This document shows positions 53,437 through 64,000 of a stretch of 64,000 nt of DNA, piece by piece. The DNA is taken from NCBI GenBank assembly GCA_002189035.1, contig CM007992.1:868001-932000 (forward strand), given 5' to 3'. The DNA comes from Utricularia gibba (taxonomy: Eukaryota > Plantae > Magnoliophyta). The notes under the pieces are model-generated. The model saw nothing but the letters and a program-made list of their open reading frames with translations, made no database searches and was not told the DNA's origin. Within the stretch, counting starts at the first letter, position 1; each line of letters starts with the position of its first letter. A program made the translations under genes and the position numbers.

Positions 53437-56170
53437 ATGGCGATTCCGGTACGTTGCCTTACTTTCGCGCTCCTTTTTTCACTCTCTCTGGCAACGGTCG
53501 CCGCCGCCGGTAGGAATAACTTGATTAGGCTCGCGTCCGGGAGTGACGGCGAATCGGAGGAAGATTCCGTCGGAACGAGATGGGCGGTTCTCGTTGCAGG
53601 CTCCCGTGGCTACTGGAACTATCGACACCAGGTATGGAAAGGATGCCTTCGACGAAATTCGCTTTGATTCCTGGATTGTTTTTTGTGTAATTATTAAGAT
53701 TCCGATTCACCTCCCACGCCGTCGTCAGCGTCGTTTGTCGACTTCCTGATTTTGTTTCTTTTGGAATACTTTTGAAACAAAATAAGCATAAAAATAATTG
53801 GATTTATAGTATCTGTGTATAGTTAATTAAATTATGTTAATATCTTATGAAATAAGTTTATTTCATACCAAGCTTTGTTCTCATCATTCAATTATTCGTA
53901 TTTTTACAGTTAGTAATTACGGTTTATATTATATGTTTTAAATTTCGATTCCAACATCAAATCTAGATATTAATACCGATTAGTTTGATCGGTTAATATA
54001 TTTTTTTATTTTTTCATTAACTTTTATCTTGAATTAGAAAAATAGTGTGTTCTTCAGCCATCGAATCGATCTGATATCAAATATTGTCCGTTAATCAACG
54101 AATTTTAGGCTTAAGGAACTTATGCATTAAGTGCGTCAATGTGTGGATGTTAAAATTCTACTATTTTTCAGTTATCCAATTATCTGGATTTTGGGAAATA
54201 TAATAAATATGTTTTTTTTTCAGTTACAACATCTAGAAAAAGACATGAATCCTTTTTTTTTTTCTATGTTCTTTTGTTTGTTCTGTGTAACATACCAGAG
54301 ATCTGTCAGGCCAGAGAAACAAAGTTTGTGTGTTTTCTTTATTTGGAGTGAGTTAACTTGTGCCCTCTTGCAGGCAGATGTATGTCATGCGTACCAAATC
54401 CTGAAGAGGGGAGGCTTAAGGGATGAAAACATTGTTGTTTTCATGTATGATGATATTGCACACAACACGGAGAACCCGAGGCCTGGAGTTGTCATAAACA
54501 ATCCCCGGGGTGAGGATGTCTACAAGGGGGTTCCAAAGGTTGGTTCTGCTTCTGAGTACAGTGGCTTTGCTGAAAGTATTCCCATTGTTCTGAAGGCATG
54601 TTGTTTGATCAGGACTATGTTGGATCCCAAGTCACAGCCGAGAACTTGTACGCAGTGCTTCTTGGGAACAAAGCTGGGCTATCAGGGGGGAGTGGAAAAG
54701 TTATAGAAAGTGGCCCAAATGATCATATCTTCATTTACTATACAGATCATGGTGGCCCTGGAGTACTTGGTGAGTTACAGTTCTTTTAAATCGTATATGG
54801 AAATTGAAGTTATGTGAAAGAAGCCATGAACGTCAGCATCTGTGTTGTGCTTTCAGGGATGCCTTGGGGGTCATACATATATGCAGATGAACTCAATGGG
54901 GTGCTGCAAAAAATGCATGCTTCAGGATCATACAAGAGCTTGGTACATCCATCATCTGCACTTGCTTTCTGCTCAATTAGTTGGAATCTGAAGCGGAGTG
55001 CATATTTCAGGTGTTTTACCTCGAAGCGTGTGAATCCGGAAGCATATTCGAAGGTATTCTTCCTGAAAACGTCAATATCTATGCAACAACTGCCTCAAAT
55101 GCGGATGAGAGCAGCTGGGGAACCTACTGCCCTGGAGAGTATCCAAGTCCACCCCCTGAATACGACACCTGCTTGGGTGATCTATACAGTGTTGCTTGGA
55201 TGGAGGACAGGTACTAAAATCACAGCATTTTCCTTGATCACATGCAGTTTTCCACATACACTCTAACCTGGTTGCTGAAAACAGCGACATGCATAATCTC
55301 AGAACGGAAACACTGGGGCAGCAGTATCATGTTGTAAGGCTCTTGCTACCATCTTGAACCCCTGTTTTCTTGCTGCTATGCCGTGTGAGTGTCATTACAT
55401 TCCCTTGCAGGTGAAGAGAAGAACAGCGAATGAAGACTCCTACTACGGTTCCCATGTCATGGAATACGGTGATCGCAAACTGAACGTCGCGGATCTGTTC
55501 ATCTACATGGGGACTGATCCCAGAAATGATAACTACACTTTCGTGGACGACCCCTCCCTCACTTCTTCGAAGCCTGTTAACCAGCGTGATGCAGATCTCC
55601 TACATTTTTGGCACAAGGTATCCATCTGCATTTCTGATGGATACTGTTCGGTCATTGCATCAAGCTCTGTAACTAACATCAATGGATCCTGATCTTCTAC
55701 TTCCAGTTCCGTAACTCTCCCGATGGATCTACCAAGAAAGTGGAGGCGCAGAAGCAGCTAGCTGAAGCCATGAGCCACAGAGCACACGTTGACAGCAGCG
55801 TTCAGTTGATCGGGAACCTTCTTTTCGGGAACATCAACGGACCGGGTGTTCTGAAGTCCTCACGGCGCACCGGACAGCCCGTCGTCGACGACTGGGATTG
55901 TCTGAGGTCACTGGTAACGTATCCTCACCACACAGACCAGACCTCCGTGAATCCATCCATAACCTGCCTCTCCTGTGCCTACCACAGGTTCGAACATTTG
56001 AGACCCACTGTGGATCCCTTTCACAGTACGGGATGAAGCACATGCGCTCCTTTGCAAACATATGCAACGCGGGCGTGAAGCAGGAGAAGATGGCGGAGGC
56101 CACCAAACAGGCCTGCACCACCTTCCCCACAAACCCCTGGAGCTCAACAGAGAGTGGTTTCAGTGCGTGA
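53437..56170 (+). CDS. VPE: Vacuolar processing enzyme (legumain, peptidase C13), multi-exon
   Basis: Signal peptide; [20 protein letters not shown]|ADVCHAY; catalytic DHGGPG and EACESG; [20 protein letters not shown]. Confidence 0.96.
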
Positions 56171-57700
56171 TTCACAGCAGATCAGACCAACAACGCACAC
56201 CACGTATCAGTGGAAGCAACTATCCCTACATACGTACATACTACCAAAGGGGGCATCACATGCAGGCAGCCTAGAAGGTGCGTGTACATTACTCTGTATA
56301 TGATGAAATATCTTGCTCTTATGCACAGGGAGGGAGGGAGCAACTCTTGTTAAGTTGGGTAGTCAGATAGGTGGCTGCACCAGTTTCCAGGTTATTGAAA
56401 TTGATGTAAAAAGCATGTACTATGATATGTGTTAAACACATAGGAAAAATGGAAGTATATTTATTCCTCATCATCTTGCATTGCATCCATCTCATGCTTC
56501 TCTGTGCACAAAGCATTGGAATGGTAGAAGCTCTTCTTTCCTAGAAAATGGACTTCCACTGAAAGCTTATGAGTTCCATCCTGTCCAAGGGGCTCTGTGT
56601 GTCGTACGGAAACCGCCACAAACCCCCTTTCAGTGTACACTGCAGGATGGAGGAGGATTGGCCGCCAACCTTAAAAAATATAAGATTCAGGTCCAATATG
56701 AATCTTTTTCTTTTTTACTACAATTTTGATAAGAAATTAAAAAAAATCTGAAAATTTTCCTAATATTTTATGATAAATATAATTAAAAAATATTGGAGAT
56801 AATAAAGAAACAAAAAAATGACATTTTCCCTTTTTTTAATACATGAAAATACATTTATGACTTTCAAACAAGCCATGCAAAATTGTGAATTCTAAGCTTG
56901 GTAGAATAATTTAATTAAAATTTAAAATATTTTTTATATATAAACTTTATAAATATATATTCAAGATGATATTATATTTTATAAATGTATTTATAATAAA
57001 TATAAAAAATAATTATGTGATTTTTGAGAGAATATGAATTGATACACGTGTGTGATTGAAAACGTAAACAACCTCCCGATAAAAAAAAATTAATTGTGAA
57101 TTAATTGAGTAAGTGGTTATGGTCCAAATATGACGCCACTGGAGAGATGACTTAGAAATTTAAACATTTTATTCTTTTGCTGAAGTGTGTGAAAAAAACG
57201 TGATTGTATCCAATTTTCTAAATGAACCGCTACCACATACACCAATCACAAGCAACCGGCTTCCACTCATGGGCTCCTTCCCTTCCCCCAGGGAAGCCAT
57301 GTGTCCACTCACGTCACCGGAGCTCCTGTCTGGTTCCTTCTCAACAACGAATTCTTTAGCCCTGCTGCTTCTTCTTCACGGCAACAGGGTTAGTTATCAG
57401 TGGAATATGATAGCAGAGTTCTGTGCTGTGAAGAAGCTTATTTTGGGAATGAAAACCAGAGGTTATACTAAGGAGGAAGAACAGATCAGGTGTGTTGATG
57501 AGAAGTGAGTTAGTTCATTGAAAAATGTAGCAAAATGTGAAGTGAGATCTCCCTCAGTAACATGCTACAGAGCAACAGTCATCAGATCAGATACAGTGGG
57601 AGGAGCTAAACCCCATCACAGGAATCATCAGATGTACAACAGAGATTCAAAATCTACTCTTGTTTATTTGCTAGCCTTACCCTGGATGCAACACCCTCCT

Positions 57701-57803
57701 TTCTTACAACTTTGTGCTAAACTCAAAAGCAGCAGCAGATATATCCAGAATTCTGCAACTCTTCTTCTTACAACTTTGGTCTAAACTCAAAAGCAGCAGA
57801 TAT
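57701..57803. repeat. Imperfect direct repeat (~40 bp, period 64) in the PUB8 3' region
   Basis: ttcttacaacttt..ctaaactcaaaagcagcag..atat at 57701 and 57765. Confidence 0.8.
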
Positions 57804-57832
57804 GTGAGTGAAGATTGCTACTACTACTACTA

Positions 57833-58993
57833 CTACCTTTGGTTCTCTTGCAGCACCTGAATCAGGGAACTTGCATTTCTTCTAACCTTGTCGATCTCAG
57901 AGTCTAACAAACCAACGCAGATATCAGGGACGCCTGAGCTTAAAGATTTAGAGCATATCTTTTGGCTATGGGTGCACAGAGAGTTCAGTGTTGAGAGAGC
58001 ATGTTGAACAGCTCTGGAGCTTCCATTCCTCAGAGTGGCGATCAAGACATCAACAATGGCACTCGACCTAGCCATTTCATCCCTCCCATGTTTGCATTTC
58101 GCCAACAGATTCAGAACTTCTATGGCCCTTTCAGATCCTGAATTAGCGTTCTCGATGAGGATTGGGACGGATTTGCACTGAATTGCACGAATCCGGTTGT
58201 CGGGGAAAGTGGAGAGCATGAAGAGGGCGGTGGTCGCTTCTTTTCTTTCCCTGGAGTTTCCTACTCGGAGGAGGTTAACCAGGGCTGGGATTGCGTCTGG
58301 GTAAGACCCAACCACAACTTTGTTGACCTCAACCACTACGAGGCTTGTGACAACCGTCGCCGCTACCGCCCGAGAGTCACCAATACCGCGGCGGAGAGCG
58401 TATACCACTTTCTCAACAATCCCCTCTGCCACAAGACCCACTTTGCTGTCATCATCCAGACTGAGGTTGAGAAGAAAATGAAGGGCTTTTTCTTGAAGCC
58501 CGGGTTCATCCGAGTCCATACATTTCACAACCACGGACACCGCGCCCGACTCCACCAGAATCCGGCGCAACCCATCATCCGTTTTGGAGACGCGTGTTAG
58601 CTGGTCAAGCAACGCGGCTCTCTCCCGCGACTTCAAGGACTGGGAGAGGAGGAGTTGAATTACCCCTTGCGGGTCGACCGAATAAGGCTGTGGCGGCGCC
58701 GGAGAAACTTGGGTGCAATTGGAAATGAGGCTGCGGAGGGCGAAGTTGGGTATCAAGGATGGGTGCTCCGGTAAGGGCTGTTTCGAAATAGGGCAAGTCC
58801 GATTGCCGGCGTCCAGCCACCGTTGTATAGAAACGCGATCGAAGGTATGCCCAGACGGGAGAATCACAGGGTCCTTCATAATCTCAAGCGAAATCGGGCA
58901 TCGGAAATCCTCCGGCGGCGGCGCCGCGGCCATGGTTTCTTGTTCTTGGTCTTCAGCGTCGGTGTTGCTACTTCCCGTGGAAAAAACTCGCAT
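57833..58993 (-). CDS. PUB8: U-box/ARM E3 ubiquitin ligase, PUB8-like, intronless
   Basis: EDFRCPISLEIMKDPVILPSGHTFDRVSIQRWLDAGNRTCP followed by ARM repeats; start could be the ATG at 58993 or 58933. Confidence 0.92.
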   Translation of the reverse strand: MRVFSTGSSNTDAEDQEQETMAAAPPPEDFRCPISLEIMKDPVILPSGHTFDRVSIQRWLDAGNRTCPISKQPLPEHPSLIPNFALRSLISNCTQVSPAPPQPYSVDPQGVIQLLLSQSLKSRERAALLDQLTRVSKTDDGLRRILVESGAVSVVVKCMDSDEPGLQEKALHFLLNLSLDDDSKVGLVAEGIVEKVVYALRRGIGDSRAVAATVVTSLVVVEVNKVVVGSYPDAIPALVNLLRVGNSRERKEATTALFMLSTFPDNRIRAIQCKSVPILIENANSGSERAIEVLNLLAKCKHGRDEMARSSAIVDVLIATLRNGSSRAVQHALSTLNSLCTHSQKICSKSLSSGVPDICVGLLDSEIDKVRRNASSLIQVLQENQR

Positions 58994-60842
58994 TGTTATG
59001 TACCATGTACTAATAAAACTGGGCTGTGGCAGCTACTTCACAAGCTATGGCTCCGCCCCCGGGTGTGAAATGACCATCCTACCCTACATTTATAGCCTTT
59101 TGTCAATTTGAATTCAAGGGCCCGTTCTCATTTGTGGCTTACTGCGAGGCGCGTGTTCCCACATGAAATTCCCTCAATAGCCTTGTACTTATTACGTTGA
59201 ACTTGTATTTTAAATGCCCTCGTGACGTCATTAATATTACAAAAAATCCATTTTGCAGTAAAAATAAAATATAACTTTATTTTATAAATAATATTTATAT
59301 TTAAATATATCTGATTTTCAAATCTAACTGTTAAATCAATTAAAGATTAAAATAAATATTAAAATCATTTACATAATAATTCGTATGAAAATCTTAAAGA
59401 CAAAGCTTAAAGAATTTCAAACAAAGTATTTATTTATTCATTAAATTAAATTTAAATCATTTTAAAGTAGAAAGAATCATGATACTCTAATAATTTAATT
59501 ATGATTCAATAATGCTTTAATATTTTCAAAGAAAAAAACTAACAATTCATTCATTTTTTGAATTACGATGAAAATGTAAGATTAGAGATCTATGACGACA
59601 TATTACATTGGTTATAGATGGGAAAAATGGTATACTTAAATAGATAAAAAATTTGAAAGTTTGTATGAAACATTTTCTCTAAAGGTAAAAAACGTAAAAT
59701 TATGAAGATTGAGTATTTTAAATGAACAATATCGTATAAAGTAATGATAGTTTATGACATTTGATATCGCTCTCATATTTTTTTGATGATTTAAAATAGG
59801 GATATGGACTACTTGTTTGACTTGATGAATTTCATTTTCCATCCGAAAATGTGTCGTGGTCGGTGGGAGATGGAAGGCAACTTGGTCGGTGGGAGAGATG
59901 GAAATAGAAATGGAAATGGAAATGGAAATGTGTGTCCATTGGAAAGCATGGGGTTAGATGGTGTCTTGGCAAATCCCTCCAAATAGACCGCTTAATCCTG
60001 CATTAATTACACCCCTTAAAAAGGGAAATAAATGGACCTCCACTGGACGGTTGCAACAACCTCCCATTTCTAAAAATGTCACACGCTCCCCTGCACTAAC
60101 CTCCACCCAAATAACCTACGCCTTCACAAGACACGCACTTGGAGTTGTACTCACCTCCATCATAATTGTACCCCAAGTGGTAATGTGTGGGTGTTCAAAA
60201 CATCGTGCTGTGTTTTTAGTGTTGAGAATGTTCCATCGTTGAGAATAAGATAAAATAAATAATTTAATTTATTTGGATTTAATTAAATGTGATGCATATG
60301 AATTAGTTTTTTAAATAATATTTAGTTAATAGGATTAAAACCGAAATTAAGTGGTATTACTTAAGGTATGAAAGTGATGTAATTTTAAATAAATTTATGT
60401 ATATGAGATAATGCAAAACCTATTTTGATTAGAAATCAAACCAATATGAAATCTGTGTTGATCATTGAAATATAAGGTAAATGTTTTGATATAATATTGA
60501 AATTAAAAATTCGATGAGTTTAGTTAATATATATGGATTTCAAATTCCAAAAAAATATAAATTATATTAAAAAATTTAAATTCAATTGATTATTAATAAT
60601 TCATAATTTTTTATAAATATATATGAAATGATTAAAAAGTCATGTAACAACTAACAAAGTAGCTTCCAAATACCACACTTCCAGCCTGCTGGGAAAAACG
60701 CAAGCTTTTTCCATCTTCAGTCACGCGTTCAAGGTACAAGTGGGATTATAAGTAGCATATCAACACAAGTGTAGATTCCTTGATCAGCTTCAGATGCCTC
60801 GAGGAAGCTAGACCCTTGGTCATCATCTGCCTTCTCATTCAA

Positions 60843-61711
60843 GAGTCGGGCTGGGCTGCCACGAGGATCCGGGCTGGGCTATCATGACGAGTCGGGTTAG
60901 GCTGCCATGAGGATCCGGGTTGGGCTGTATGAGGATTCGGGCTGGGCTGTCATGAGGATCCGGTCTGGGCTTTCATGAGGAGTCGGGCTGGGCTGTATGG
61001 GGATCCGAGCCGGGCTGGGCTGCCACGAGGAGATGGGCTGGGCTTCCATGAGGAGCCGGGATGCGCTGCCACGAGAAGCCGGGCTGGGTGGCATTAGCAG
61101 CCGGGTTGGGCGTCATGAGGATCCGGGCTGAGCTTCCATGAATATCTGGGCTGGGCTGCCATGAAGAGCCAGGATGGGCTGCACGAGGAGATGGGATGGG
61201 CTTCCATGAGGAGTCGGGCTGGGCTGCACGAGAAGCTCGACTGGGCTGCCATGAGGAGCCGTGCTGAGCTGTCACGTGGGGCCGGAAGGGTGGCATGATG
61301 AGCCGGGTTGCGCTGCATGAGGATCCGGTCTGGGCTGCCATTAGGAGCCGGGCTGGGCTGTCACGAGGACCCGGGCTGGGTTGGCACGAAGAGCTGAGCT
61401 GGGCTGCCATGTGAAGCCGAGCTGGGCTGTCACGAGTACCGGGCTGGGTTGGCACGAGGAGCCGAGTTGGGCTTCCACGAGGAGCCGGGCTGGGCTGCAC
61501 ATGAAGCCGGGCTGGGCTGTCACGAGTATCTGAGCTGGTCTGACATGAGGAGTCGGGCTGGGCTGCCCACGCAAATCCGGGCTGAGCTGCTACGAGGAGC
61601 CGGGCTGAGCTGCCACGAGGAGTCGGGCTGGGCTGCCACGAGGAGCCGAGCGGGGCTGCGATGAGGAGCCGGGCTGGGCTGCATGACGATGCGGGCTGGG
61701 CAGCCATGAAG
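60843..61711. repeat. G-rich 23-bp minisatellite, ~38 degenerate units, consensus GAGCCGGGCTGGGCTGCCA(C/T)GAG
   Basis: Units read directly, e.g. gagtcgggctgggctgccacgag / gatccgggctgggctatcatgac / gagtcgggttaggctgccatgag. No unique spacers; flanks are AT-rich. Confidence 0.95.
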
Positions 61712-62265
61712 GCGGTTGATCGGCAGAGGGTGTTGCTCCAGGCTTCAGCATCTAATAATTTTTTTTATTTAATATTATCTATCCAACATATTTATAATAG
61801 ATATGTTTTTATGGTGTCTTTGATAGATTGAATTAACAGTTTCAATTTTGGTATGATAATAATGTATGTTTGGTAGACTAGTTTAACTATATATGAGTAT
61901 TTTACAAAACTAATGTAAAATATTCCAAACTCGATAGTTAAAAACTTACTTTTGAGGTGGTTTTTGCTAAGCAATTCAATTTATAATGTATTTCTTTTAA
62001 ATAAATCTATCAAATATAATAGTATTTTAAACATTCATATTCAAAATTTATGTTCCAAACAATTTTAATTTTAAATACATTATATTTTTTTTATCTAAAT
62101 ATAAATAATTTAAATACATTATTAATTATAATATATTATAGAATACATCCTAAAATATTTAAATTGTTAATAATAAAAATGTAGAAAGCGAAAATATGAG
62201 AATGAATTAGATATATATTAATAATTTTTTTAATTCATTATTTAATGTTGCAGGCACTAGATTTT

Positions 62266-64000
62266 TCAAGCCGCAGGTGAATATTTGCAGACACGGGCAT
62301 CTTCATAGATCAACCCTCGCCGGCAAAAGTATCCCTTCTCCGGCATGCAGTGGCGGTCCTCCGAGCAAATACATAGTCCTTCAAGTGCACACCCGTCTTC
62401 CTTCGCTTCCTCAATGTTTCCGGCAGCCACTTCGCCGCCCCATCCTCCGGAAAATACTTCCGCCGGATCAATTTCCTTTTTCGCCGCCACAAACCTCCCG
62501 AAATTCTCGTACTTGTTCTGCACTCCGAAAAACGCCACCCGTCGGTTTTTCGCCCAGTGCGGCTTCGCTGAGTATTTGAAAAACGCCATTTGCTCCACTT
62601 CTTCCCACACATCTTCATTCAACCGCGGCGTCTTCCCGTCGTCAGCGCGGTAGTAATTGAAGTCGACGACGACGGAGTCCTCCGGGTGACCCAGGTACGC
62701 GTCTGATTTTCCGATGAATCGGATGAGGAAGCCGTTATAGATATCGATGCCGCAGAAATTTTGTGGGTTCATGTCCCTCAATTTCTTCACGTCGCGAATG
62801 AAGTCGCCGATTACGTTAGCTGGAAAAATCGCTGTCGATTCGTAGAAGAAAAGCCCTTTGAATCTGGGATCCCAAGCGCAGGCTGTTGATTTTGAATTTT
62901 CCGACGAGTAGAGACAAGAACCAGAGGTTTGCATTTTCCCCTGTTTCCCAATTACAGGGTACCCTGTGAATCCCAAAAAGTTGTTCTTCAGTCCGTTTCC
63001 GATCAGCTTCTTATACGCGACGAACGCTTTAGAAAGAAGACATTTTTCTGCGGCTCTTCCGGCTGCCTCCGCCACCCTTTCTGTGAAAACATCAAACACT
63101 GGATTGAGTGAAACTTGGAACCAATGAACCGAAAGAGAGGTAGATACCTGAAGCTCGGATTCCTTCCGGAATCTCCATTAAATTCGATTGAAAACCCACA
63201 AAATCGTTCTCCCCGTTCCCCGGCGTTTCCATTGGAACTCGCTGATCGTATCTGTAAACCGCCGTCTTCTCCGATGGGTACCACTGAATGTCTCCGAACT
63301 CATACTTCTTCCCGTGTTCTACTATTTTGTTCTCCATTCCCTCGTCGCTTGTAAAATTGAAAGACACGCTCCGTTTGAATGCCTTCTCCAATCCAAGCGT
63401 CACCTGAAAAAACCGCTTCTCCGATACTCGTGCGTGATTCGTAAAAAAGGAAGAGATATCGCTGTATTTTGAAAACCAGACCTTAGAGATGACTCCAAGA
63501 ACTCCGATTGAAACCTTGGCTGCATTGAAAAGACTATCATTTCCATTCAGATCGATAATCCTCGCGAACCCATCTGATTCCATGCCAGGAACAATCAATC
63601 GGATTCCCAGAACGTGATCATGTAGGGCGCCGCCTTTCCCCCACCACGAGCTGCCGTGGGCTCCGGTGCTGATCGCCCCGCGACGCTGACACCTTCCCAG
63701 TACGGTGCCGCCACGAGGCTCAACCCCCTTTCCTCCACTCTGTCAATCAAATCGCGAATTCCGACCCCGGCATCCGCCGTGACTCTAAGGTTCCCCACGT
63801 CGACGTCGATCCCAGAGTTGTATTTCGTCGTACTTATCAAGATCGCTCCTCTTCCATCGCCGGGATTAGAAGTCGGGCACGCGAGTTTGGGAATCGTATG
63901 GGAGAATCCGGAAACAACTTTCACTTTCAGTTTATTTCTCACTGCAGCCGCGACGGCAGACCGAAGCTCCCCCTCCGTCGTGGGGTAGAAGACGGCGGAG
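62266..64000 (-). CDS. GULLO: L-gulonolactone oxidase-like (D-arabinono-1,4-lactone oxidase family), 5' end beyond the window, one apparent 1-bp deletion
   Basis: KLKVKVVSGFSHTIPKLACP, LVAAPYWEGVSV, (after frame restoration) ISTGAHGSSWWGKGGALHDHV, AKPHWAKN, GCALEGLCICSED; introns at 63404-63481 and a second one ending near 63080. Confidence 0.92.

Noticed and set aside
60843-61711. CRISPR-like array
   Set aside because: Units abut directly with no unique spacers, no cas genes, eukaryotic context.

Overview
Compact, gene-dense flowering-plant nuclear DNA: 17 recognisable protein-coding genes (two truncated by the window edges), mostly multi-exon, separated by AT-rich spacers. In order: mitochondrial K+/H+-exchange-related protein (exon 1 only), MSR-type O-fucosyltransferase, EEF2KMT/FAM86-like methyltransferase, alpha-1,2-mannosidase MNS1/2, OXA2/ALB3-like insertase, PNPOx/HugZ-like protein, mitochondrial ATP synthase subunit f, DWF5, GAUT3-like, a P-class PPR gene, EXO70D, LSM1, SurE-like phosphatase, NAP1, mitochondrial CPN60, ZIP4-like zinc transporter, VPE/legumain, PUB8-like U-box protein and a GULLO-like oxidase. 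Several features are invisible in the ORF track. (1) A pair of box C/D snoRNAs (19319-19556) transcribed divergently from the ATP synthase f gene, both with guides matching the 25S rRNA peptidyl-transferase region. (2) A degenerate 5S-rRNA-bearing Cassandra-type LTR just upstream of DWF5. (3) An ~870 bp G-rich 23-bp minisatellite with higher-order structure whose minus strand keeps a 244-codon frame open. (4) Three single-base deletions in G/purine runs that split the PPR and GULLO genes (assembly error or pseudogenisation). (5) An unidentified stop-poor 1.3 kb segment, GC-AG introns, 3'UTR introns and ZDRE motifs. Homologue names and rRNA sequences are recalled from memory, not from database searches. 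No CRISPR array, tRNA or rRNA gene was seen.
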